From the NCBI GenBank assembly GCA_048941285.1, contig JBHLNS010000030.1:1-43014 (forward strand): DNA of 43,014 bases, read 5' to 3'. Made by a program: the position numbers and the translations under genes. Within the stretch, counting starts at the first letter, position 1; every line of letters starts with the position of its first letter. A model generated the notes under the pieces. The model was given only the letters and a program-made list of their open reading frames with translations. It had not been told where the DNA came from and searched no databases. Origin of the DNA: Promethearchaeota archaeon (lineage in GTDB: Archaea > Asgardarchaeota > Lokiarchaeia > Sigyniarchaeales > SOKP01). Shown piece by piece: positions 29,899-39,000 of this stretch.

Positions 29899-30765
29899 AT
29901 GGAACCGATAGAGCATTCAAAATTTAAAATTGATTATATTTCGACCTCAGGAGTATATAAAACACCATTTACATTAATAATGATTCTGCAATTTCTATTT
30001 GGATGTGTGATAATCATACTAGTCAATATATGGTTCTATAATGACTTATATTTCCTCCTTACTGGTGAGAAATTTATACCAGTTCTTTTAATAGGACAAT
30101 GGTGGGAATGGTTTTTGCTTCCTTTGAATCTTTATGGAAATGTATTGTTGTTTGCTTTTTCAATTATCTTATTTTCGACATTAATTTTTAAGATTTTAAA
30201 CAAACTTTATCCTCCTAAAGAGGGTGTATTTGCAAGGGGTAGTAAAGAATGGAAATATACTCATCGAAGGTTTTGGACAGCATATTTTCCAATTTGGCTT
30301 GCAAGATCTCTACCATTACCGTGGTCAGATATTTTTGTTTATCGTTTTCTGGGGGTTCGTATAGGAAGGAATGTGGTTGCTTATGAGGGATATATAGATC
30401 CAGAATTTATCGAGATTGGAGATTATACTATGACATCATTGAATATTTGTATTTTTTCACACCTAATCTATCATGATAGAATTTTCATAAAAAAAGTAAA
30501 AATAGGTAAAGCTTGTATTGTTGGCCCTCATACTATAATAAGTCCAGGGACTGTACTACAGGATGAAGCTGTTTTAGGTGTAAACAGCTATACCTGGATA
30601 GACCAAGAATTGGAAGGAAATTTGATTCATGTGGGAATACCAGTAAGTATGAAACTCCCAATTCAATCAATCGAAGAATCTCAAAAAAAAGCTGAAAAAG
30701 TAAAAGCTGGCTCATTAGAGGAGGTAGGTTCCAGTAATAATGGAGTTAAAGGAGGTAATATGTAA
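29899..30765 (+). CDS. Membrane-bound left-handed beta-helix (hexapeptide) acyltransferase
   Basis: Two TM helices, PPKEG.F, RFLGVRIG, hexapeptide repeats (IEIGDY, VKIGKACIVG, ISPGTVL). Confidence 0.82.
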   Translation: MEPIEHSKFKIDYISTSGVYKTPFTLIMILQFLFGCVIIILVNIWFYNDLYFLLTGEKFIPVLLIGQWWEWFLLPLNLYGNVLLFAFSIILFSTLIFKILNKLYPPKEGVFARGSKEWKYTHRRFWTAYFPIWLARSLPLPWSDIFVYRFLGVRIGRNVVAYEGYIDPEFIEIGDYTMTSLNICIFSHLIYHDRIFIKKVKIGKACIVGPHTIISPGTVLQDEAVLGVNSYTWIDQELEGNLIHVGIPVSMKLPIQSIEESQKKAEKVKAGSLEEVGSSNNGVKGGNM

Positions 30766-30768
30766 GAA

Positions 30769-31506
30769 ATGTTTCAACCCGCAAGTTTAAAAGGAGATTC
30801 TCCAACTCCAATAGACGAGAGACTTAGAAATAAATACATTATTTTATATTTTCTCATAATTCTTCTGAGTTTTATACCGTGTATTTTGTTTGAATTGGTT
30901 TATGGCATCTTTCTTTGGAAAGAAGGGTTATATTTGTTGTATATTTTTTTATTTCCTTTAAATATCTTAGGTTTAATTCATTTATTGCAATTAAGTGCAA
31001 TTCTATTTTCTTTTTTGTTTTTAACATTAATAAAACTAATTTTCCCACCAAAAGAAGGAATATTTAATAGGGATATAGATGATAAAAATTATTATTATTG
31101 GAATTTGAGAAATATTGTTAAAAAATGGCCTCTTTTCATAAATGCTTCAAACCCATTTCCATGGTTAAAAAATCGGTTTACACTTCGATTTTTTGGAGTA
31201 AAAATAGGAAGAAATGGAATACATGATAATAGTTGGATCACCTCTGAATTTGTATCAATAGGGAAAAATGTTATTATTGGAATGAACACTAATATATTGA
31301 GCTTTGGAATTGAACAAGAAAAATTTATTCTAAAGAAAATAATAATAGAAGATGAGGTTTTAATTGGAGCCAAGTGTGTCTTACTTCCAGGAACTCATAT
31401 AAAGCGTAATGCAAAGCTATCTGCTCATTCATATACAAAATTCAATCAAATACTAGTAGAAAATTCCATATATATTGGTCATCCTGCAAAATTAAAAGAG
31501 AAATAA
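30769..31506 (+). CDS. Membrane-bound left-handed beta-helix acyltransferase, paralogue of the upstream gene
   Basis: Same architecture: PPKEGIF, RFFGVKIG, VSIGKNVIIG, IIIEDEVLIG, LLPGT, GHPA. Confidence 0.82.
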   Translation: MFQPASLKGDSPTPIDERLRNKYIILYFLIILLSFIPCILFELVYGIFLWKEGLYLLYIFLFPLNILGLIHLLQLSAILFSFLFLTLIKLIFPPKEGIFNRDIDDKNYYYWNLRNIVKKWPLFINASNPFPWLKNRFTLRFFGVKIGRNGIHDNSWITSEFVSIGKNVIIGMNTNILSFGIEQEKFILKKIIIEDEVLIGAKCVLLPGTHIKRNAKLSAHSYTKFNQILVENSIYIGHPAKLKEK

Positions 31507-31512
31507 TACAAT

Positions 31513-33108
31513 ATGAACTCTGAAAAAATTATAAAACTAAGAACCGAACGAAAAAAATCATTAAAAAGAAGAATAGTTATAGTATCAGACACTCACATTA
31601 GTCGAGCGAGAGGACCTTTCAATCTTCATGCCTATAATGTAGGTATACAACAAATAAATAAGATAAAAGATGTTAATCTTTATTTACATCTTGGAGATAT
31701 TACTCACACGGGAACTCTTTTGGAATATGAATATGCTATGGAGCAATTCAAGAAATTTAAGCCAATTTCCAAATGCCCACTAATGATCCTAATAGGAAAT
31801 CATGATGCTATGAATGTTGGGTATCTTTTATTCGAAGAGATGATTGGTAGAAGGCATTATGAATATGAAGATGATGAATTATATATTATCGGCATAGATA
31901 GTACAAAGCCAGACTTACCTGGGGGCATAATTCATCATAACGTAATTGAAGCCGTAAGAAAGAGATTAGAAATCCCAGAACGAGAAAATAAATTTAAAGT
32001 AGTTTGTTTTCATCATCAACTCATTCCTATTCCAAATACAGGGAAAGAGAGATCTGCTATTGATGATTCAGGAGATATGCTTAAAATGCTTTTGGATGCT
32101 AAAGCAGATTTGGTATTAAATGGGCATAGACACACTTCTAATTTATATACTGTTAGTAGTAGCGAAAAAGATATGTTTATTTTCAATGCGGGAACATTTT
32201 GTTGTAATAAAACAAGATATCGCGATTTATTTACGTACTCTGTCATTGATTTAAATCAGGATAGTCTTACTTTTAAGATAATTCCAATATTAGATTCTAC
32301 TGCTAAAAGTAAAATCCTCCGGAATGTTAATTATTATCTCCCAGTAGAATTAAAAAAGGATCACAAACCTATTTGCAAGTTTGTACAATTTTCACATTCT
32401 TTAATAAGTGAAGAGTCAAAAGAAAAGTCTACAAATCTAGATAAAGCTATTGAACGAATAAATAGAATTGAAGATATAGATTTAGTTGTTCATGCTGGAA
32501 ATGTAACTCAAAACAGTTTTAAAGAAGAATTTAAGATTGCTAAAGAAAAACTTAGTCACCTCAAATATCCATATTTAGTTGTACCTGGATATACTGATTC
32601 AAAACCTCCTGCTTGGGAATATTGGAAACAATATTTTGGTGAGTTTGATCCTTTATATGAAAATGATAAATTATATTTTCAGGGATTAAATTCTACGACT
32701 CGAGATTCCACTGAAGGTTTCATTGGTAGAAAAAAAATGAATAATTTCATAGACAAAGTTTTATCTTTAGGGCATCAAAAAATATTCGGAGTTTGTTGTT
32801 TTCATAGTTTAATTCCAACTCCTTTAAGTGTATGGAGAACTGAATTAATTGATTCAGGTGATGTACTTTCTCAATTTGCTCGTTCTCAAATCGATCTTTG
32901 TTTAAATAGTTCACCCAGTATTTCATTTAATGTAAAAATTGACCATACTATCTTTTCTAATGGAGGAAATCTTAATTTAAAACGTTTTGATGAAACATTT
33001 ATAGAAGTTGATATTTATAAAAAAGGAAATGTTGTATTAAAACAACATAATTTGAAAACAGGGCAAATAGAAATTGTTGGTAATTATAATCTAACGATTT
33101 TCATATAA
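31513..33108 (+). CDS. Calcineurin-like metallophosphoesterase (Icc/CpdA-like) with a second, degenerate phosphoesterase domain
   Basis: Domain 1: SDTH, GD, GNHD, HH, GHRH. Domain 2: FSH, AGN, PGYTD, FH, NSSP. Confidence 0.88.
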   Translation: MNSEKIIKLRTERKKSLKRRIVIVSDTHISRARGPFNLHAYNVGIQQINKIKDVNLYLHLGDITHTGTLLEYEYAMEQFKKFKPISKCPLMILIGNHDAMNVGYLLFEEMIGRRHYEYEDDELYIIGIDSTKPDLPGGIIHHNVIEAVRKRLEIPERENKFKVVCFHHQLIPIPNTGKERSAIDDSGDMLKMLLDAKADLVLNGHRHTSNLYTVSSSEKDMFIFNAGTFCCNKTRYRDLFTYSVIDLNQDSLTFKIIPILDSTAKSKILRNVNYYLPVELKKDHKPICKFVQFSHSLISEESKEKSTNLDKAIERINRIEDIDLVVHAGNVTQNSFKEEFKIAKEKLSHLKYPYLVVPGYTDSKPPAWEYWKQYFGEFDPLYENDKLYFQGLNSTTRDSTEGFIGRKKMNNFIDKVLSLGHQKIFGVCCFHSLIPTPLSVWRTELIDSGDVLSQFARSQIDLCLNSSPSISFNVKIDHTIFSNGGNLNLKRFDETFIEVDIYKKGNVVLKQHNLKTGQIEIVGNYNLTIFI

Positions 33109-33152
33109 TGATAATTAAAATTCAATGATGGCTTTATTTGGTTTAAAATAAG

Positions 33153-33233
33153 TACTATAGTTATTAAAAAATAACCTTAATAAGGATATTTTTTTAATAA
33201 AAATAGTAATATTTAGTTATCAAATATTTGATA
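33153..33233. repeat. Long imperfect inverted repeat plus 16-bp perfect palindrome upstream of the ubiquitin-like gene
   Basis: TACTAT-AG-TTATTAAAAAATAACCTTA-A-TAAGGATATTTTTTTAATAA-AA-ATAGTA (33153-33208) and TATCAAATATTTGATA (33218-33233). Confidence 0.45.
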
Positions 33234-33252
33234 TCTGAAAAAGGAGAGTTTC

Positions 33253-33534
33253 ATGGCCAAAGTAAAGCTTAACTTGTTGAATATTTTTCAACTAAGAGTT
33301 AATAAGAAATTTATAATTTATGAAGGCAAAACAGTTAAAGATATAATCTCTCAATTTTTAAGCGAAAATGTTGATAAACTTGATGCTGAATTATTTGATA
33401 GCAGCAAGAAAAAGTTTACTTCACAAATATTAATTTTATTAAACGGGAGGAATATTAAATATTTGAAAAATTATAAAACAAGCCTAAAAGATGGAGATGA
33501 GTTATATATCTCCTACGCTTTAGCTGGAGGTTAA
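33253..33534 (+). CDS. MoaD/ThiS/SAMP-family ubiquitin-like protein
   Basis: Beta-grasp pattern TVKDII...ILLNGRNI.......LKDGDEL......AGG with C-terminal GG; SD AGGAG. Confidence 0.9.
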   Translation: MAKVKLNLLNIFQLRVNKKFIIYEGKTVKDIISQFLSENVDKLDAELFDSSKKKFTSQILILLNGRNIKYLKNYKTSLKDGDELYISYALAGG

Positions 33535-33675
33535 CAAATTAAAGTTTTTATACATTAAGCTTAAATAATAAAACAATCATTATTTCCTTACGAATAGTGA
33601 TGATTTATTAATTTTTCTTAATATTGAATATTTTAGAAGACAGATCATTAAAAACAATATATTTGGTGGTTTTTT

Positions 33676-34608
33676 ATTACGAAAAAAATTGGAATTATGG
33701 GTTTAGATAATGCGGGTAAAACCAGTATCCTCACAGTTATCACTAAACGTTTTGGTTTTGAGGAAGAAGTGGCTAGATTAACACCAACAAGAAGAATTTC
33801 CCGTGATACTTTTAAGTTTTTAGGTTTTGAATTTACAAGAATGGATTTTGGAGGTCAAAAACAATATAGAGAAGAGTATTTAAAACATCCAGAAAAGTAT
33901 CTTAGTGGAACAGATTTAATGTTCTATGTAATAGATGCTCAGGATTTCAATAGATATATAGAATCTATAGATTATTTGGAGGATGTTTTACTCTTTTTCA
34001 AGGAAGAACAAGTATATGTTCCAATATGTATTCTCTTTCATAAATTTGACCCTCAACTCGTAGATGATGTACAAATTAATAAAAGAATTCTCACATTAAA
34101 ACAAGCATTAACAAGATACTCTAACGATTTCGACATATTTTTCTTTGAAACAACAATATTTGATATTAAATCAATCATGGATGCTTTTTCAAGCGGTTTA
34201 TCCATGCTATTCGAGAAGATGGAGATGGTTTCACAGTTATTTGCAGAAATTGGTAGAAATTATAATTCCATATTGATGACCTTATTTGATTCTCGTGGTG
34301 TAACGGTTGGAGAATGGTATAGACCACACCTTCAATTGGGAGAGAAACTAAAAATCTATGAAAAGTATATAGAACTACAAAAACGCGTGATTAAAGAAAA
34401 TCGAAACTTGCTCGAATTTTCTGACGTATTTGAAAGTGGAGAAAGGTTCTCTGGTATTATTGAGGTTCTCGAATTTGGGAATCTAGATTTTTATTTGTTA
34501 TTTATTATTGAAGAAGATGAAGATCTTCAAAAAACTGTTTCAATATTGGATAAGATTGAATCTGCAAAACCACAAATGGAGAACCTTATTCTACAAATAA
34601 TTCAATGA
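33676..34608 (+). CDS. Rag/Gtr-like small GTPase with C-terminal roadblock/longin-like domain; probable ATT start at 33676 (first ATG at 33697)
   Basis: (M)TKKIGIMGLDNAGKT, PT, DFGGQ, G4 HKFD, G5 TTIFD; C-terminal domain LMTLFDSRGVTVG. Confidence 0.85.
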   Translation: MTKKIGIMGLDNAGKTSILTVITKRFGFEEEVARLTPTRRISRDTFKFLGFEFTRMDFGGQKQYREEYLKHPEKYLSGTDLMFYVIDAQDFNRYIESIDYLEDVLLFFKEEQVYVPICILFHKFDPQLVDDVQINKRILTLKQALTRYSNDFDIFFFETTIFDIKSIMDAFSSGLSMLFEKMEMVSQLFAEIGRNYNSILMTLFDSRGVTVGEWYRPHLQLGEKLKIYEKYIELQKRVIKENRNLLEFSDVFESGERFSGIIEVLEFGNLDFYLLFIIEEDEDLQKTVSILDKIESAKPQMENLILQIIQ

Positions 34609-34621
34609 ATTTTACTAATAG

Positions 34622-34726
34622 CGCAGCTGGAGGGATTTGAACCCCCGAGCGCTAACGCGCACCGGCTCTCTTGATTATTTTGTCTGACACTCGAGGCCGG
34701 CGTCTTACCATCTAGGCTACAGCTGC
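34622..34726 (-). tRNA. tRNA-Ser(CGA) with 22-nt intron at position 37/38 (34668-34689)
   Basis: Acceptor GCAGCTG/CAGCTGC, anticodon stem CCGGC/GCCGG, anticodon CGA at 34691-34693, long variable arm GCGC-GTTA-GCGC, TTCAAAT loop, discriminator G, no encoded CCA. Confidence 0.93.
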
Positions 34727-34861
34727 TTTCTTAATTTTTTATTAATTTTTTAATAATCTAAAGATATACTAGGTATAAATTTATTACTCTTTTTTACACT
34801 ACAAAATAAATTAATTTATAATCTATTTATAGAAATTCCTAAAATTTAATAAGATATAATT

Positions 34862-35161
34862 TTAAGACGAGGGAACGTATATTTTCAATTTTAAGGAAGG
34901 ATCAAGCAATTTAATCAAACCTTCTTCTTCATATTGTTTTAATAACAATTTCACTGTGGAAACTCTAATATCATATTTAAGAGCAATATCTGTCGCTAAT
35001 ATTGTTTTTTTCTTTAAAATTAATTCCTTTATTTCTTTTTCAAGTGGTTTTGGAATAAATGCATCTCTCTCAACTACGTCTATTTGTTTACTTCTCCCAT
35101 ATTTTCTTCTTAAATTTAGTGTAGCTTTTCTTATATTTTGCTTTTCTTCCTTTTCAGACAT
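34862..35161 (-). CDS. rps25e: 30S ribosomal protein eS25
   Basis: Basic N-terminus plus wHTH (KTILATDIALKYDIRVSTVKLLLKQYEEEGLIKL..KIY). Confidence 0.8.
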   Translation of the reverse strand: MSEKEEKQNIRKATLNLRRKYGRSKQIDVVERDAFIPKPLEKEIKELILKKKTILATDIALKYDIRVSTVKLLLKQYEEEGLIKLLDPSLKLKIYVPSS

Positions 35162-35309
35162 AATTAATCATACGGTGATAATTAGAATATTTTAAACTAA
35201 AGCTGAATGAAATTATAAATATTTAAAATTTAATAAAATTTTTGATTTAATAGTGAAAATTTAATTTCAGCATTGATTAGCTGATTATCATATTAAAAAT
35301 CAACAGAAA

Positions 35310-35945
35310 TTGAACAATAATTACTACTTTAATATTAAAAGAAGACGACCAGAAGAGATTTATAATGATGCCTCAGATTATTTTAGAGGAGAAATCTTAG
35401 ATTTATATGCTAGATCTAAAAATATTAGGAAAATACAAGAAAGAATTACTATCAGAACTTTAGAGATTTTAAATCTTAAAAAAAAAAATTCATTGATTTT
35501 AGACGCTGGTACTGGTCCAGGGTTTACAGCAATGTATTTAAATGAAATTGGTTATAAAACTGTAGCTATTGACATTATTCCAGAGTTCTTATATTATTAT
35601 AATATAAAGGAATTTAACCCAATCGCTGCAGATATGTGTTTTCCCCCTTTTAAGCCAGATTCTTTTGATGCAATTATCTCTATTTCAGCTTTACAATGGA
35701 TATTTAGAGATATTAAAGATGAAAAAATGGAATTTTTATTAAAAAATTTATCAAAATCCTTTTTCGAGATTTTAAAACCATTTTCTCAAGTAGTTTTCCA
35801 ATTTTACCCTAAAAACAATAAAATTATGGAGCAAATAGGTAAAATTTTTACAAAAAATACTAATTTTTACGGAAATTTCATAATAGATAATCCCAATAGC
35901 CCAAAAAAGCGAAAAATTTATCTTTTACTGAAGAAAGAGACATAA
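35310..35945 (+). CDS. bud23: SAM-dependent methyltransferase, Bud23/WBSCR22 (18S rRNA m7G) homologue
   Basis: RPEE, Y...S..I..IQ..IT.R.LE.LNL, ILD.G.G.G, PF...SFDA.ISISALQW, QFYPKN, F.G...ID.P.S.K..K.YL.L, colinear with yeast Bud23 as recalled. Confidence 0.8.
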   Translation: MNNNYYFNIKRRRPEEIYNDASDYFRGEILDLYARSKNIRKIQERITIRTLEILNLKKKNSLILDAGTGPGFTAMYLNEIGYKTVAIDIIPEFLYYYNIKEFNPIAADMCFPPFKPDSFDAIISISALQWIFRDIKDEKMEFLLKNLSKSFFEILKPFSQVVFQFYPKNNKIMEQIGKIFTKNTNFYGNFIIDNPNSPKKRKIYLLLKKET

Positions 35946-36091
35946 TTTAAGAGTTAAACCCTAAAATTTCTATAAAACTATTTTCTAGTTTTGATATAAG
36001 AATCTGTTTATATAGATAATATTTTATTTAACTTCTATTATAATATTGTTAAAAAATATATTTAAAAATTGCAAATTAAAATGTTGATTTT

Positions 36092-39000
36092 ATGAAGATA
36101 CAAAAAAGCTATAAACAACGATTGAATAAAACATCCTTACTCTTTGTAATCCTAGTTCTAAGCTTTATTACAGGAGTTTCAATGAATTCTATTAATATTT
36201 CAAATGATAAAGATAATTTGAGTGATAAAGAGTTTAAAGATGATAATTTTCCTGCGGAATCTCTAAATCCAAGTGTTTTAGGTAATGATTCTTGGTGGGA
36301 TTATTCCTTTAGATATCGAAGATTGATAGAAGTTAGCAATCCTTACGCGCTTACTTTTGTAGATTATGGTGTAAGCACCTCTTTTAATTATGCTCAGTTA
36401 TTACAAGCCGGAATGATATATCAAGACGATTTAGATGATATTAGGATAGTAGAGAATGGAAAATTAAGAAACTATTATATTGTTAAGGATTATCCAGAAA
36501 CGGGTTTCGCAACAGTTTATTTTGATACAAATATTTCTCAATCAACAACAGAGCTAGACACTTATATGTATTTTGGAAATGAAATTGTAGGGAATGCAGA
36601 ATCAGATGATCCTTCAAGTAGTTTTGGGTGGATTAAGAATGGCGATTTTGAATTAGATACTAGCTCAGATGACAAATATAGCCCCTTTGGTTGGACATTT
36701 ACCGATGAACCAATCGATTATCTTGGGATTGTATCTGGCGATAATATCCCATACCCAAATGCTGCTAATGAATCAGCTATAAGTTATGAATATTTTCGAT
36801 ATAAACCAATTCATATATCAGAATGTGACCCTGATTACCTAACAGATCCACCTCCTAATTGGGATAGTGCTCTTCGAATAGAAAATGGTGAGTATTCCTA
36901 TGTATGGGGTTCAAATCTAAATGCATTAGGTGGTATTGGATCTGTATTTGATTATGCTGGTACTTTTTTCTCATATCCCTTTAAAGTTCCAATAGTTCAA
37001 GGAGGAAGTCTTTACCTAAGACTATATCGTAATATCAGAACATGGCGTTTTGAGAAACGAGCGAAACCCCAAGATGATATTGATATCGATGGATTTTTTA
37101 TTAGACTCTGTAATGTATCTTCTTATGGGTCTGATGTCGATTCTCATACAGTACTAGGAGAAGAATACTCGAGTCCTGAATATGTCGAGGCTTATGGAGG
37201 GTATGCCAGATATAGCCCAAGTGGAAAGATGTGGGACGATGAAGATTATTTACAGGATCATGTAACACCCGGTAGTCAGTATGCTACATTATCTCATACA
37301 TATAATGACGGAGATTTGACTGGAACCATTTATTATGATCTTACTCCATATATGGGTCAAGAAATTTTCTTAGAAGCTGGTGCATGGGGACAAGAGTCTG
37401 GGAATTTACCACAAGAAGCAGGAGAAAAGCAAGGCATTTTTCAACTTGATTATATCGGATTTAATTATACTCTTACAGCATCAATTGATCAAGTTCAAGC
37501 ACATAACTCAACACTAAAAATAATTGCTAGAGATGTTGATGGAAGGATAGTATCTAATGCTGAAGTAATGTTGGTTAATAATTCTATTTCCAAAGGACAA
37601 CCAGGTTATGAAGTAGCAACGGGAATGACAGATTCTATAGGAAGAATAACATTTAAGAATATTCCAAATGGTAGATATAATATTACTGCTAATTATACTC
37701 TTGGCTCAAGAGAAAGCGAAGTTTATAATAGTTATATTTCTGGTGTTGGTCCATTCTATTTGAATGGAATCTCTTATACTGAAGAGATTACTCTGGATTT
37801 ATGGACTATAGATTTTGAGATTACAGATTGGGATGGCACTCCTCTGAGTAAGGGATACATTGAGGTGAATGAAACATTAGGTGGAGATTTATTGAAGACA
37901 ATGATTTTAGACCAGAATGGAAGAGCAATGTTTAGATGGCTAAATGTACCATCTTATTATTTCAGAGTCTATTATGATAATGATGATTATTATGGCAATC
38001 CACTATTGTTGAATGAATCATATATATACAGAAGTGATTATGATAAAGTGGGAGTTAAATATCAGGATTATTCAATATCAGTGAAGGACACCAATATTAA
38101 TCCTCCTGGGGAAAATGGGTACTCCATTAGTGAATATATATATACTAATGGATCTAGAACTGAGTTCGGATATGAAAAAATTATAAAATTTAACGTTTCA
38201 TTGACGAATATGATTGATCAACTCGAAGATATATCTATTTATTATATCGATAAGTATGGCACTACAGGTACTAGCAACCATCTCATATATTTTGAAGATG
38301 GATATAATCCTGGTGAAGATAATGACTTTATCGAATTAGATGTACCTTTAATAGATAATTCAAAATTAAGAAGCGAAAGATATGAAGTTCACGGATTGTT
38401 AATTGAAGTTAATGGATTAAACTTCTCTCAATGTGATGGAACTATTGAAATTGAAACTATCGAAACGTGTAACATATATAATAGAACTAATTTAGCTAGA
38501 ATAAATATTCAGATGATAGATGAATATGATAATCCTATTTCCGCCGAAATCCATGTCGTTGATACATTATCGGGAAATCCTCTAATAGATTTGACCGCAT
38601 CGAGTACTACAACAGGTGGTTGGGCTTATGGTAGTAGCGGATTACCATTTTGGTATTTAAAAAACCGGATTTATAATTTTACTATAGATGCTTATAACTT
38701 GACAAATATTGTATTTGATGTAGATTATATTGATCCTCCTCAGTGGCAACCTCAAGGGATAACATGGTTCAATTACACACTTGAAACAGCGTCAACAATC
38801 ACTTTCAAGGCATATTTACCAGGTGTAAACACTTCCTATTACCTTACATCCTTTTCGAATAGTTCTGGAACAGAAGAGGCATATTGGGGTGATAATGTAG
38901 CATTCTCAGTAATTTTCGAGTATACCGATGATAATGGTAATACCTGGAACCCGGTAGCAGATCCTAGCGCTCGATGTACAATATATATTAGAAGAGTTGG

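Noticed and set aside
34622-34726. tRNA-Sec (long variable arm, selenoproteins nearby)
   Set aside because: Anticodon is CGA, not TCA, and the acceptor/T stems are the ordinary 7/5 bp.
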